Origin: Auanema rhodensis
Lineage: Eukaryota > Animalia > Nematoda
Reading direction: 5' to 3'
Length of the DNA: 64,000 nucleotides
Assembly: GCA_964057225.1 (NCBI GenBank)
Contig: OZ059894.1
Location: forward strand, 22,072,001-22,136,000
Part shown: positions 13,801 through 29,700 of the stretch, one piece after another
Layout of the letters: each line of letters begins with the position of its first letter
Numbering within the stretch: the first letter of the stretch is position 1
Translations under genes and position numbers: made by a program
Notes under the pieces: model-generated
Told to the model about the DNA's origin: nothing
The model's database searches: none
Seen by the model: the letters and a program-made list of their open reading frames with translations, nothing else

Positions 13801-14391
13801 CTCAATGTAGTATAGTGCATTCGATGCGGATTTTTAAGCTGCGTCGATCTGTGTTATCAGATTTGCGCTAGCTTAAAAATGCACCGAGATATCAACTGAT
13901 ATAAGTTCACACTTATATCCTCGATTTTCACCCTGAAGAATTAATTTTTTCGTTGAATAACATTGTCCATCGTCTTTGCCTTGGAAAAAGGAATCTAAAA
14001 ACATCTACTTTTTGCTGAATTATTCTGAAATTTTTCGAAAAAATTTTTGTCAAAATGTTTTTGGAAGCAATGTTGAGTGTACATGGAAACTCAACATACA
14101 CTAATGCATCATTTTTCAAACGATCATAACTAATTTTTGTATCAAACGTTTCTCAATGTAGTATAGTGCATTCGATGCGGATTTTTAAGCTGCGTCGATC
14201 TGTGTTATCAGATTTGCGCTAGCTTAAAAATGCACCGAGATATCAACTGATATAAGTTTACACTTATATCCTCGATTTTCACCCTGAAGAATTAATTTTT
14301 TCGTTGAATAACATTGTTCATCGTCTTTGCCTTGAAAAATGGAATCTAGAAACATCTACTTTTTGCTGAATTATTTTGAAATTTTTCGAAA
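10882..14391. repeat. Two tandem copies of a 5-monomer (1755-bp) unit
   Basis: Private markers ATTATTTCG at ~11920/13675 and GTTCATC at ~12563/14318; ORF pairs 11120/12875 and 12173/13928. Confidence 0.9.
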
Positions 14392-14742
14392 AAATTTTTG
14401 TCAAAATGTTTTTGGAAGCAATGTTGAGTGTACATGGAAACTCAACATACACTAATGCATCATTTTTCAAACGATCATAACTAATTTTTGTATTAAGCGT
14501 TTCTCAATGTAGTATAAGGCATTCGATGCGGATTTTTAAGCTGCGTCGATCTGTGTTATCAGATTTGCGCTAGCTTGAAAATGCACCGAGATATCAACTG
14601 ATATAAGTTGACACTTATATCCTCGATTTTCACCCTGAAGAATTAATTTTTTCGTTGAATAACATTGTCCATCGTCTTTGCCTTAAAAACAGGAATCTAA
14701 AAACATCTACTTTTTGCTAAATTATTTTGAAATTTTTCGAAA

Positions 14743-17700
14743 AAATTTTTGTCAAAATGTTTTTGGAAGCAATGTTGAGTGTACATGGAAACTCAACATA
14801 CACTAATGCATCATTTTTCAAACGATCAAAACTAATTTTTGTATTAAGCGTTTCTCAATGTAGTATAGTGCATTCGATGCGGATTTTTAAGCTGCGTCGA
14901 TCTGTGTTATCAGATTTGCGCTAGCTTAAAAATGCACCGAGATATCAACTGATGTAAGTTCACACTTATATCCTCGATTTTCAACTTGAAGAATTAATTT
15001 TTTCGTTGAATAACATTGTCTATCGTCTTTGCCTTGAAAAATGGAATCTAAAAACATCTACTTTTTGCTAAATTATTTTGAAATTTTTCGAAAAAATTTT
15101 TGTCAAAATGTTTTTGGAAGCAATGTTGAGTGTACATGGAAACTCAACATACACTAATGCATCATTTTTCAAACGATCATAACTAATTTTTGTATCAAGC
15201 GTTTCTTGATGTAGTATAGTGCATTCGATGCGGATTTTTAAGCTGCGTCGATCTGTGTTATCAGATTTGCGCTAGCTTAAAAATGCACCGAGATATCAAC
15301 TGATATAAGTTCACACTTATATCCTCGATTTTCACCCTGAAGAATTAATTTTTTCGTTGAATAACATTGTCCATCGTCTTTGCCTTAAAAAAAGGAATCT
15401 AAAAACATCTACTTTTTGCTAAATTATTTTGAAATTTTTCGAAAAAATTTTTGTCAAAATGTTTTTGGAAGCAATGTTGAGTGTACATGGAAACTCAACA
15501 TACACTAATGCATCATTTTTCAAACGATCATAACTAATTTTTGTATTAAGCGTTTCTCAATGTAGTATAGTGCATTCGATGCGGATTTTTAAGCTGCGTC
15601 GATCTGTGTTATCAGATTTGCGCTAGCTTAAAAATGCACCGATATATCAACTGATATAAGTTCACACTTATATCCTCGATTTTCACCCTGAAGAATTAAT
15701 TTTTTCGTTGAATAATATTGTCCATCGTCTTTGCCTTGAAAAATGGAATCTAAAAACATCTACTTTTTGCTAAATTATCTTGAAATTTTTCGAAAAAATT
15801 TTTGTCAAAATGTTTTTGGAAGCAATGTTGAGTGTACATGGAAACTCAACATACACTAATGCATCATTTTTCAAACGATCATAACTAATTTTTGTATTAA
15901 GCGTTTCTCAATGTAGTATAGTGCATTCGATGCGGATTTTTAAGCTGCGTCGATCTGTGTTATCAGATTTGCGCTAGCTTAAAAATGCACCGAGATATCA
16001 ACTGATATAAGTTCACACTTATATCCTCGATTTTCACCCTGAAGAATTAATTTTTTCGTTGAATAACATTGTCCATCGTCTTTGCCTTAAAAAAAGGAAT
16101 CTAAAAACATCTACTTTTTGCTAAATTATTTTGAAATTTTTCGAAAAAATTTTTGTCAAAATGTTTTTGGAAGCAATGTTGAGTGTACATGGAAACTCAA
16201 CATACACTAATGCATCATTTTTCAAACGATCATAACTAATTTTTGTATCAAACGTTTCTTAATGTAGTATAGTGCATTCGATGCGGATTTTTAAGCTGCG
16301 TCGATCTGTGTTATCAGATTTGCGCTAGCTTAAAAATGCACCGAGATATCAACTGATATAAGTTCACACTTATATCCTCGATTTTCACCCTGAAGAATTA
16401 ATTTTTTCGTTGAATAACATTGTCCATCGTCTTTGCCTTGAAAAAAGGAATCTAAAAACATCTACTTTTTGCTGAATTATTTTGAAATTTTTCGCAAAAA
16501 TTTTTGTCAAAATGTTTTTGGAAGCAATGTTGAGTGTACATGGAAACTCAACATACACTAATGCATCATTTTTCAAACGATCATAACTAATTTGTGTATT
16601 AAGCGTTTCTCAATGTAGTATAGTGCATTCGATGCGGATTTTTAAGCTGCGTCGATCTGTGTTATCAGATTTGCGCTAGCTTAAAAATGCACCGAGATAT
16701 CAACTGATATAAGTTTACACTTATATCCTCGATTTTCACCCTGAAGAATTAATTTTTTCGTTGAATAACATTGTCCATCGTCTTTGCCTTGAAAAATGGA
16801 ATCTAAAAACATCTACTTTTTGCTAAATTATTTTGAAATTTTTCGAAAAAATGTTTGTCAAAATGTTTTTGGAAGCAATGTTGAGTGTACATGGAAACTC
16901 AACACACACTAATGCATCATTTTTCAAACGATCATAACTAATTTGTGTATTAAGCGTTTCTCAATGTAGTATAGTGCATTCGATGCGGATTTTTAAGCTG
17001 CGTCGATCTGTGTTATCAGATTTGCGCTAGCTTAAAAATGCACCGAGATATCAACTGATATAAGTTCACACTTATATCCTCGATTTTCACCCTGAAGAAT
17101 TAATTTTTTCGTTGAATAACATTGTCCATCGTCTTTGCCTTAAAAAAAGGAATCTAAAAACATCTACTTTTTGCTAAATTATTTTGAAATTTTTCGAAAA
17201 AATTTTTGTCAAAATGTTTTTGGAAGCAATGTTGAGTGTACATGGAAACTCAACATACACTAATGCATCATTTTTCAAACGATCATAACTAATTTTTGTA
17301 TCAAACGTTTCTTAATGTAGTATAGTGCATTCGATGCGGATTTTTAAGCTGCGTCGATCTGTGTTATCAGATTTGCGCTAGCTTAAAAATGCACCGAGAT
17401 ATCAACTGATATAAGTTCACACTTATATCCTCACCCTGAAGAATTAATTTTTTCGTTGAATAACATTGTCCATCGTCTTTGCCTTAAAAAAAGGAATCTA
17501 AAAACATCTACTTTTTGCTAAATTATTTTGAAATTTTTCGAAAAAATTTTTGTCAAAATGTTTTTGGAAGCAATGTTGAGTGTACATGGAAACTCAACAT
17601 ACACTAATGCATCATTTTTCAAACGATCATAACTAATTTTTGTATCAAACGTTTCTTAATGTAGTATAGTGCATTCGATGCGGATTTTTAAGCTGCGTCG

Positions 17701-20700
17701 ATCTGTGTTATCAGATTTGCGCTAGCTTAAAAATGCACCGAGATATCAACTGATATAAGTTCACACTTATATCCTCGATTTTCACCCTGAAGAATTAATT
17801 TTTTCGTTGAATAACATTGTCCATCGTCTTTGCCTTGAAAAAAGGAATCTAAAAACATCTACTTTTTGCTGAATTATTTTGAAATTTTTCGCAAAAATTT
17901 TTGTCAAAATGTTTTTGGAAGCAATGTTGAGTGTACATGGAAACTCAACATACACTAATGCATCATTTTTCAAACGATCATAACTAAATTTTGTATTAAG
18001 CGTTTCTCAATGTAGTATAGTGCATTCGATGCGGATTTTTAAGCTGCGTCGATCTGTGTTATCAGATTTGCGCTAGCTTAAAAATGCACCGAGATATCAA
18101 CTGATATAAGTTTACACTTATATCCTCGATTTTCACCCTGAAGAATTAATTTTTTCGTTGAATAACATTGTCCATCGTCTTTGCCTTGAAAAATGGAATC
18201 TAAAAACATCTACTTTTTGCTAAATTATTTTGAAATTTTTCGAAAAAATGTTTGTCAAAATGTTTTTGGAAGCAATGTTGAGTGTACATGGAAACTCAAC
18301 ACACACTAATGCATCATTTTTCAAACGATCATAACTAATTTGTGTATCAAACGTTTCTTAATGTAGTATAGTGCATTTGATGCGGATTTTTAAGCTGCGT
18401 CGATCTGTGTTATCAGATTTGCGCTAGCTTAAAAATGCACCGAGATATCAACTGATATAAGTTCACACTTATATCCTCGATTTTCACCCTGAAGAATTAA
18501 TTTTTTCGTTGAATAACATTGTCCATCGTCTTTGCCTTGAAAAAAGGAATCTAAAAACATCTACTTTTTGCTGAATTATTTTGAAATTTTTCGAAAAAAT
18601 GTTTGTCAAAATGTTTTTGGAAGCAATGTTGAGTGTACATGGAAACTCAACACACACTAATGCATCATTTTTCAAACGATCATAACTAATTTGTGTATTA
18701 AGCGTTTCTCAATGTAGTATAGTGGATTCGATGCGGATTTTTAAGCTGCGTCGATCTGTGTTATCAGATTTGCGCTAGCTTAAAAATGCACCGAGATATC
18801 AACTGATATAAGTTCACACTTATATCCTCGATTTTCACCCTGAAGAATTAATTTTTTCGTTGAATAACATTGTCCATCGTCTTTGCCTTAAAAAAAGGAA
18901 TCTAAAAACATCTACTTTTTGCTAAATTATTTTGAAATTTTTCGAAAAAATTTTTGTCAAAATGTTTTTGGAAGCAATGTTGAGTGTACATGGAAACTCA
19001 ACATACACTAATGCATCATTTTTCAAACGATCATAACTAATTTTTGTATCAAACGTTTCTTAATGTAGTATAGTGCATTCGATGCGGATTTTTAAGCTGC
19101 GTCGATCTGTGTTATCAGATTTGCGCTAGCTTAAAAATGCACCGAGATATCAACTGATATAAGTTCACACTTATATCCTCGATTTTCACCCTGAAGAATT
19201 AATTTTTTCGTTGAATAACATTGTCCATCGTCTTTGCCTTGAAAAAAGGAATCTAAAAACATCTACTTTTTGCTGAATTATTTTGAAATTTTTCGCAAAA
19301 ATTTTTGTCAAAATGTTTTTGGAAGCAATGTTGAGTGTACATGGAAACTCAACACACACTAATGCATCATTTTTCAAACGATCATAACTAATTTGTGTAT
19401 TAAGCGTTTCTCAATGTAGTATAGTGCATTCGATGCGGATTTTTAAGCTGCGTCGATCTGTGTTATCAGATTTGCGCTAGCTTAAAAATGCACCGAGATA
19501 TCAACTGATATAAGTTTACACTTATATCCTCGATTTTCACCCTGAAGAATTAATTTTTTCGTTGAATAACATTGTCCATCGTCTTTGCCTTGAAAAATGG
19601 AATCTAAAAACATCTACTGTTTGCTAAATTATTTTGAAATTTTTCGAAAAATTTTTTGTCAAAATGTTTTTGGAAGCAATGTTGAGTGTACATGGAAACT
19701 CAACACACACTAATGCATCATTTTTCAAACGATCATAACTAATTTGTGTATTAAGCGTTTCTCAATGTAGTATAGTGCATTCGATGCGGATCTTTAAGCT
19801 GCGTCGATCTGTGTTATCAGATTTGCGCTAGCTTAAAAATGCACCGAGATATCAACTGATATAAGTTCACACTTATATCCTCGATTTTCACCCTGAAGAA
19901 TTAATTTTTTCGTTGAATAACATTGTCCATCGTCTTTGCCTTAAAAAATGGAATCTAAAAACATCTACTTTTTGCTGAATTATTTTGAAATTTTTCGCAA
20001 AAATTTTTGTCAAAATGTTTTTGGAAGCAATGTTGAGTGTACATGGAAACTCAACATACACTAATGCATCATTTTTCAAACGATCATAACTAATTTTTGT
20101 ATCAAACGTTTCTTAATGTAGTATAGTGCATTCGATGCGGATTTTTAAGCTGCGTCGATCTGTGTTATCAGATTTGCGCTAGCTTAAAAATGCACCGAGA
20201 TATCAACTGATATAAGTTCACACTTATATCCTCGATTTTCACCCTGAAGAATTAATTTTTTCGTTGAATAACATTGTCCATCGTCTTTGCCTTAAAAAAA
20301 GGAATCTAAAAACATCTACTTTTTGCTAAATTATTTTGAAATTTTTCGAAAAAATTTTTGTCAAAATGTTTTTGGAAGCAATGTTGAGTGTACATGGAAA
20401 CTCAACATACACTAATGCATCATTTTTCAAACGATCATAACTAATTTTTGTATCAAACGTTTCTTAATGTAGTATAGTGCATTCGATGCGGATTTTTAAG
20501 CTGCGTCGATCTGTGTTATCAGATTTGCGCTAGCTTAAAAATGCACCGAGATATCAACTGATATAAGTTCACACTTATATCCTCACCCTGAAGAATTAAT
20601 TTTTTCGTTGAATAACATTGTCCATCGTCTTTGCCTTAAAAAAAGGAATCTAAAAACATCTACTTTTTGCTAAATTATTTTGAAATTTTTCGAAAAAATT

Positions 20701-23700
20701 TTTGTCAAAATGTTTTTGGAAGCAATGTTGAGTGTACATGGAAACTCAACATACACTAATGCATCATTTTTCAAACGATCATAACTAATTTTTGTATCAA
20801 ACGTTTCTTAATGTAGTATAGTGCATTCGATGCGGATTTTTAAGCTGCGTCGATCTGTGTTATCAGATTTGCGCTAGCTTAAAAATGCACCGAGATATCA
20901 ACTGATATAAGTTCACACTTATATCCTCGATTTTCACCCTGAAGAATTAATTTTTTCGTTGAATAACATTGTCCATCGTCTTTGCCTTGAAAAAAGGAAT
21001 CTAAAAACATCTACTTTTTGCTGAATTATTTTGAAATTTTTCGCAAAAATTTTTGTCAAAATGTTTTTGGAAGCAATGTTGAGTGTACATGGAAACTCAA
21101 CATACACTAATGCATCATTTTTCAAACGATCATAACTAATTTTTGTATTAAGCGTTTCTCAATGTAGTATAGTGCATTCGATGCGGATTTTTAAGCTGCG
21201 TCGATCTGTGTTATCAGATTTGCGCTAGCTTAAAAATGCACCGAGATATCAACTGATATAAGTTTACACTTATATCCTCGATTTTCACCCTGAAGAATTA
21301 ATTTTTTCGTTGAATAACATTGTCCATCGTCTTTGCCTTGAAAAATGGAATCTAAAAACATCTACTTTTTGCTAAATTATCTTGAAATTTTTTGAAAAAA
21401 TGTTTGTCAAAATGTTTTTGGAAGCAATGTTGAGTGTACATGGAAACTCAACACACACTAATGCATCATTTTTCAAACGATCATAACTAATTTGTGTATT
21501 AAGCGTTTCTCAATGTAGTATAGTGCATTCGATGCGGATTTTTAAGCTGCGTCGATCTGTGTTATCAGATTTGCGCTAGCTTAAAAATGCACCGAGATAT
21601 CAACTGATATAAGTTTACACTTATATCCTCGATTTTCACCCTGAAGAATTAATTTTTTCGTTGAATAACATTGTCCATCGTCTTTGCCTTGAAAAATGGA
21701 ATCTAAAAACATCTACTGTTTGCTAAATTATTTTGAAATTTTTCGAAAAAATTTTTGTCAAAATGTTTTTGGAAGCAATGTTGAGTGTACATGGAAACTC
21801 AACACACACTAATGCATCATTTTTCAAACGATCATAACTAATTTGTGTATTAAGCGTTTCTCAATGTAGTATAGTGCATTCGATGCGGATCTTTAAGCTG
21901 CGTCGATCTGTGTTATCAGATTTGCGCTAGCTTAAAAATGCACCGAGATATCAACTGATATAAGTTCACACTTATATCCTCGATTTTCACCCTGAAGAAT
22001 TAATTTTTTCGTTGAATAACATTGTCCATCGTCTTTGCCTTAAAAAATGGAATCTAAAAACATCTACTTTTTGCTAAATTATTTTGAAATTTTTCGAAAA
22101 AATTTTTGTCAAAATGTTTTTGGAAGCAATGTTGAGTGTACATGGAAACTCAACACACACTAATGCATCATTTTTCAAACGATCATAACTAATTTGTGTA
22201 TTAAGCGTTTCTTAATGTAGTATAGTGCATTCGATGCGGATTTTTAAGCTGCGTCGATCTGTGTTATCAGATTTGCGCTAGCTTAAAAATGCACCGAGAT
22301 ATCAATTGATATAAGTTCACACTTATATCCTCGATTTTCACCCTGAAGAATTAATTTTTTCGTTGAATAACATTGTCCATCGTCTTTGCCTTGAAAAAAG
22401 GAATCTAAAAACATCTACTTTTTGCTAAATTATTTTGAAATTTTTCGAAAAAATTTTTGTCAAAATGTTTTTGGAAGCAATGTTGAGTGTACATGGAAAC
22501 TCAACATACACTAATGCATCATTTTTCAAACGATCAAAACTAATTTTTGTATTAAGCGTTTCTCAATGTAGTATAGTGCATTCGATGCGGATTTTTAAGC
22601 TGCGTCGATCTGTGTTATCAGATTTGCGCTAGCTTAAAAATGCACCGAGATATCAACTGATGTAAGTTCACACTTATATCCTCGATTTTCACCCTGAAGA
22701 ATTAATTTTTTCGTTGAATAACATTGTCTATCGTCTTTGCCTTGAAAAATGGAATCTAAAAACATCTACTTTTTGCTAAATTATTTTGAAATTTTTCGAA
22801 AAAATTTTTGTCAAAATGTTTTTGGAAGCAATGTTGAGTGTACATGGAAACTCAACATACACTAATGCATCATTTTTCAAACGATCATAACTAATTTTTG
22901 TATCAAGCGTTTCTTGATGTAGTATAGTGCATTCGATGCGGATTTTTAAGCTGCGTCGATCTGTGTTATCAGATTTGCGCTAGCTTAAAAATGCACCGAG
23001 ATATCAACTGATATAAGTTCACACTTATATCCTCGATTTTCACCCTGAAGAATTAATTTTTTCGTTGAATAACATTGTCCATCGTCTTTGCCTTAAAAAA
23101 AGGAATCTAAAAACATCTACTTTTTGCTAAATTATTTTGAAATTTTTCGAAAAAATTTTTGTCAAAATGTTTTTGGAAGCAATGTTGAGTGTACATGGAA
23201 ACTCAACATACACTAATGCATCATTTTTCAAACGATCATAACTAATTTTTGTATTAAGCGTTTCTCAATGTAGTATAGTGCATTCGATGCGGATTTTTAA
23301 GCTGCGTCGATCTGTGTTATCAGATTTGCGCTAGCTTAAAAATGCACCGATATATCAACTGATATAAGTTCACACTTATATCCTCGATTTTCACCCTGAA
23401 GAATTAATTTTTTCGTTGAATAATATTGTCCATCGTCTTTGCCTTGAAAAATGGAATCTAAAAACATCTACTTTTTGCTAAATTATCTTGAAATTTTTCG
23501 AAAAAATTTTTGTCAAAATGTTTTTGGAAGCAATGTTGAGTGTACATGGAAACTCAACATACACTAATGCATCATTTTTCAAACGATCATAACTAATTTT
23601 TGTATTAAGCGTTTCTCAATGTAGTATAGTGCATTCGATGCGGATTTTTAAGCTGCGTCGATCTGTGTTATCAGATTTGCGCTAGCTTAAAAATGCACCG

Positions 23701-26700
23701 AGATATCAACTGATATAAGTTCACACTTATATCCTCGATTTTCACCCTGAAGAATTAATTTTTTCGTTGAATAACATTGTCCATCGTCTTTGCCTTAAAA
23801 AAAGGAATCTAAAAACATCTACTTTTTGCTAAATTATTTTGAAATTTTTCGAAAAAATTTTTGTCAAAATGTTTTTGGAAGCAATGTTGAGTGTACATGG
23901 AAACTCAACATACACTAATGCATCATTTTTCAAACGATCATAACTAATTTTTGTATCAAACGTTTCTTAATGTAGTATAGTGCATTCGATGCGGATTTTT
24001 AAGCTGCGTCGATCTGTGTTATCAGATTTGCGCTAGCTTAAAAATGCACCGAGATATCAACTGATATAAGTTCACACTTATATCCTCGATTTTCACCCTG
24101 AAGAATTAATTTTTTCGTTGAATAACATTGTCCATCGTCTTTGCCTTGAAAAAAGGAATCTAAAAACATCTACTTTTTGCTGAATTATTTTGAAATTTTT
24201 CGCAAAAATTTTTGTCAAAATGTTTTTGGAAGCAATGTTGAGTGTACATGGAAACTCAACATACACTAATGCATCATTTTTCAAACGATCATAACTAATT
24301 TGTGTATTAAGCGTTTCTCAATGTAGTATAGTGCATTCGATGCGGATTTTTAAGCTGCGTCGATCTGTGTTATCAGATTTGCGCTAGCTTAAAAATGCAC
24401 CGAGATATCAACTGATATAAGTTTACACTTATATCCTCGATTTTCACCCTGAAGAATTAATTTTTTCGTTGAATAACATTGTCCATCGTCTTTGCCTTGA
24501 AAAATGGAATCTAAAAACATCTACTTTTTGCTAAATTATTTTGAAATTTTTCGAAAAAATGTTTGTCAAAATGTTTTTGGAAGCAATGTTGAGTGTACAT
24601 GGAAACTCAACACACACTAATGCATCATTTTTCAAACGATCATAACTAATTTGTGTATTAAGCGTTTCTCAATGTAGTATAGTGCATTCGATGCGGATTT
24701 TTAAGCTGCGTCGATCTGTGTTATCAGATTTGCGCTAGCTTAAAAATGCACCGAGATATCAACTGATATAAGTTCACACTTATATCCTCGATTTTCACCC
24801 TGAAGAATTAATTTTTTCGTTGAATAACATTGTCCATCGTCTTTGCCTTAAAAAAAGGAATCTAAAAACATCTACTTTTTGCTAAATTATTTTGAAATTT
24901 TTCGAAAAAATTTTTGTCAAAATGTTTTTGGAAGCAATGTTGAGTGTACATGGAAACTCAACATACACTAATGCATCATTTTTCAAACGATCATAACTAA
25001 TTTTTGTATCAAACGTTTCTTAATGTAGTATAGTGCATTCGATGCGGATTTTTAAGCTGCGTCGATCTGTGTTATCAGATTTGCGCTAGCTTAAAAATGC
25101 ACCGAGATATCAACTGATATAAGTTCACACTTATATCCTCACCCTGAAGAATTAATTTTTTCGTTGAATAACATTGTCCATCGTCTTTGCCTTAAAAAAA
25201 GGAATCTAAAAACATCTACTTTTTGCTAAATTATTTTGAAATTTTTCGAAAAAATTTTTGTCAAAATGTTTTTGGAAGCAATGTTGAGTGTACATGGAAA
25301 CTCAACATACACTAATGCATCATTTTTCAAACGATCATAACTAATTTTTGTATCAAACGTTTCTTAATGTAGTATAGTGCATTCGATGCGGATTTTTAAG
25401 CTGCGTCGATCTGTGTTATCAGATTTGCGCTAGCTTAAAAATGCACCGAGATATCAACTGATATAAGTTCACACTTATATCCTCGATTTTCACCCTGAAG
25501 AATTAATTTTTTCGTTGAATAACATTGTCCATCGTCTTTGCCTTGAAAAAAGGAATCTAAAAACATCTACTTTTTGCTGAATTATTTTGAAATTTTTCGC
25601 AAAAATTTTTGTCAAAATGTTTTTGGAAGCAATGTTGAGTGTACATGGAAACTCAACATACACTAATGCATCATTTTTCAAACGATCATAACTAAATTTT
25701 GTATTAAGCGTTTCTCAATGTAGTATAGTGCATTCGATGCGGATTTTTAAGCTGCGTCGATCTGTGTTATCAGATTTGCGCTAGCTTAAAAATGCACCGA
25801 GATATCAACTGATATAAGTTTACACTTATATCCTCGATTTTCACCCTGAAGAATTAATTTTTTCGTTGAATAACATTGTCCATCGTCTTTGCCTTGAAAA
25901 ATGGAATCTAAAAACATCTACTTTTTGCTAAATTATTTTGAAATTTTTCGAAAAAATGTTTGTCAAAATGTTTTTGGAAGCAATGTTGAGTGTACATGGA
26001 AACTCAACACACACTAATGCATCATTTTTCAAACGATCATAACTAATTTGTGTATCAAACGTTTCTTAATGTAGTATAGTGCATTCGATGCGGATTTTTA
26101 AGCTGCGTCGATCTGTGTTATCAGATTTGCGCTAGCTTAAAAATGCACCGAGATATCAACTGATATAAGTTCACACTTATATCCTCGATTTTCACCCTGA
26201 AGAATTAATTTTTTCGTTGAATAACATTGTCCATCGTCTTTGCCTTGAAAAAAGGAATCTAAAAACATCTACTTTTTGCTGAATTATTTTGAAATTTTTC
26301 GCAAAAATTTTTGTCAAAATGTTTTTGGAAGCAATGTTGAGTGTACATGGAAACTCAACATACACTAATGCATCATTTTTCAAACGATCATAACTAATTT
26401 TTGTATTAAGCGTTTCTCAATGTAGTATAGTGCATTCGATGCGGATTTTTAAGCTGCGTCGATCTGTGTTATCAGATTTGCGCTAGCTTAAAAATGCACC
26501 GAGATATCAACTGATATAAGTTTACACTTATATCCTCGATTTTCACCCTGAAGAATTAATTTTTTCGTTGAATAACATTGTCCATCGTCTTTGCCTTGAA
26601 AAATGGAATCTAAAAACATCTACTTTTTGCTAAATTATTTTGAAATTTTTCGAAAAAATGTTTGTCAAAATGTTTTTGGAAGCAATGTTGAGTGTACATG

Positions 26701-29700
26701 GAAACTCAACACACACTAATGCATCATTTTTCAAACGATCATAACTAATTTGTGTATTAAGCGTTTCTCAATGTAGTATAGTGGATTCGATGCGGATTTT
26801 TAAGCTGCGTCGATCTGTGTTATCAGATTTGCGCTAGCTTAAAAATGCACCGAGATATCAACTGATATAAGTTCACACTTATATCCTCGATTTTCACCCT
26901 GAAGAATTAATTTTTTCGTTGAATAACATTGTCCATCGTCTTTGCCTTAAAAAAAGGAATCTAAAAACATCTACTTTTTGCTAAATTATTTTGAAATTTT
27001 TCGAAAAAATTTTTGTCAAAATGTTTTTGGAAGCAATGTTGAGTGTACATGGAAACTCAACATACACTAATGCATCATTTTTCAAACGATCATAACTAAT
27101 TTTTGTATCAAACGTTTCTTAATGTAGTATAGTGCATTCGATGCGGATTTTTAAGCTGCGTCGATCTGTGTTATCAGATTTGCGCTAGCTTAAAAATGCA
27201 CCGAGATATCAACTGATATAAGTTCACACTTATATCCTCACCCTGAAGAATTAATTTTTTCGTTGAATAACATTGTCCATCGTCTTTGCCTTAAAAAAAG
27301 GAATCTAAAAACATCTACTTTTTGCTAAATTATTTTGAAATTTTTCGAAAAAATTTTTGTCAAAATGTTTTTGGAAGCAATGTTGAGTGTACATGGAAAC
27401 TCAACATACACTAATGCATCATTTTTCAAACGATCATAACTAATTTTTGTATCAAACGTTTCTTAATGTAGTATAGTGCATTCGATGCGGATTTTTAAGC
27501 TGCGTCGATCTGTGTTATCAGATTTGCGCTAGCTTAAAAATGCACCGAGATATCAACTGATATAAGTTCACACTTATATCCTCGATTTTCACCCTGAAGA
27601 ATTAATTTTTTCGTTGAATAACATTGTCCATCGTCTTTGCCTTGAAAAAAGGAATCTAAAAACATCTACTTTTTGCTGAATTATTTTGAAATTTTTCGCA
27701 AAAATTTTTGTCAAAATGTTTTTGGAAGCAATGTTGAGTGTACATGGAAACTCAACACACACTAATGCATCATTTTTCAAACGATCATAACTAATTTGTG
27801 TATTAAGCGTTTCTCAATGTAGTATAGTGCATTCGATGCGGATTTTTAAGCTGCGTCGATCTGTGTTATCAGATTTGCGCTAGCTTAAAAATGCACCGAG
27901 ATATCAACTGATATAAGTTTACACTTATATCCTCGATTTTCACCCTGAAGAATTAATTTTTTCGTTGAATAACATTGTCCATCGTCTTTGCCTTGAAAAA
28001 TGGAATCTAAAAACATCTACTGTTTGCTAAATTATTTTGAAATTTTTCGAAAAATTTTTTGTCAAAATGTTTTTGGAAGCAATGTTGAGTGTACATGGAA
28101 ACTCAACACACACTAATGCATCATTTTTCAAACGATCATAACTAATTTGTGTATTAAGCGTTTCTCAATGTAGTATAGTGCATTCGATGCGGATCTTTAA
28201 GCTGCGTCGATCTGTGTTATCAGATTTGCGCTAGCTTAAAAATGCACCGAGATATCAACTGATATAAGTTCACACTTATATCCTCGATTTTCACCCTGAA
28301 GAATTAATTTTTTCGTTGAATAACATTGTCCATCGTCTTTGCCTTAAAAAATGGAATCTAAAAACATCTACTTTTTGCTGAATTATTTTGAAATTTTTCG
28401 CAAAAATTTTTGTCAAAATGTTTTTGGAAGCAATGTTGAGTGTACATGGAAACTCAACATACACTAATGCATCATTTTTCAAACGATCATAACTAATTTT
28501 TGTATCAAACGTTTCTTAATGTAGTATAGTGCATTCGATGCGGATTTTTAAGCTGCGTCGATCTGTGTTATCAGATTTGCGCTAGCTTAAAAATGCACCG
28601 AGATATCAACTGATATAAGTTCACACTTATATCCTCGATTTTCACCCTGAAGAATTAATTTTTTCGTTGAATAACATTGTCCATCGTCTTTGCCTTAAAA
28701 AAAGGAATCTAAAAACATCTACTTTTTGCTAAATTATTTTGAAATTTTTCGAAAAAATTTTTGTCAAAATGTTTTTGGAAGCAATGTTGAGTGTACATGG
28801 AAACTCAACATACACTAATGCATCATTTTTCAAACGATCATAACTAATTTTTGTATCAAACGTTTCTTAATGTAGTATAGTGCATTCGATGCGGATTTTT
28901 AAGCTGCGTCGATCTGTGTTATCAGATTTGCGCTAGCTTAAAAATGCACCGAGATATCAACTGATATAAGTTCACACTTATATCCTCACCCTGAAGAATT
29001 AATTTTTTCGTTGAATAACATTGTCCATCGTCTTTGCCTTAAAAAAAGGAATCTAAAAACATCTACTTTTTGCTAAATTATTTTGAAATTTTTCGAAAAA
29101 ATTTTTGTCAAAATGTTTTTGGAAGCAATGTTGAGTGTACATGGAAACTCAACATACACTAATGCATCATTTTTCAAACGATCATAACTAATTTTTGTAT
29201 CAAACGTTTCTTAATGTAGTATAGTGCATTCGATGCGGATTTTTAAGCTGCGTCGATCTGTGTTATCAGATTTGCGCTAGCTTAAAAATGCACCGAGATA
29301 TCAACTGATATAAGTTCACACTTATATCCTCGATTTTCACCCTGAAGAATTAATTTTTTCGTTGAATAACATTGTCCATCGTCTTTGCCTTGAAAAAAGG
29401 AATCTAAAAACATCTACTTTTTGCTGAATTATTTTGAAATTTTTCGCAAAAATTTTTGTCAAAATGTTTTTGGAAGCAATGTTGAGTGTACATGGAAACT
29501 CAACATACACTAATGCATCATTTTTCAAACGATCATAACTAATTTTTGTATTAAGCGTTTCTCAATGTAGTATAGTGCATTCGATGCGGATTTTTAAGCT
29601 GCGTCGATCTGTGTTATCAGATTTGCGCTAGCTTAAAAATGCACCGAGATATCAACTGATATAAGTTTACACTTATATCCTCGATTTTCACCCTGAAGAA

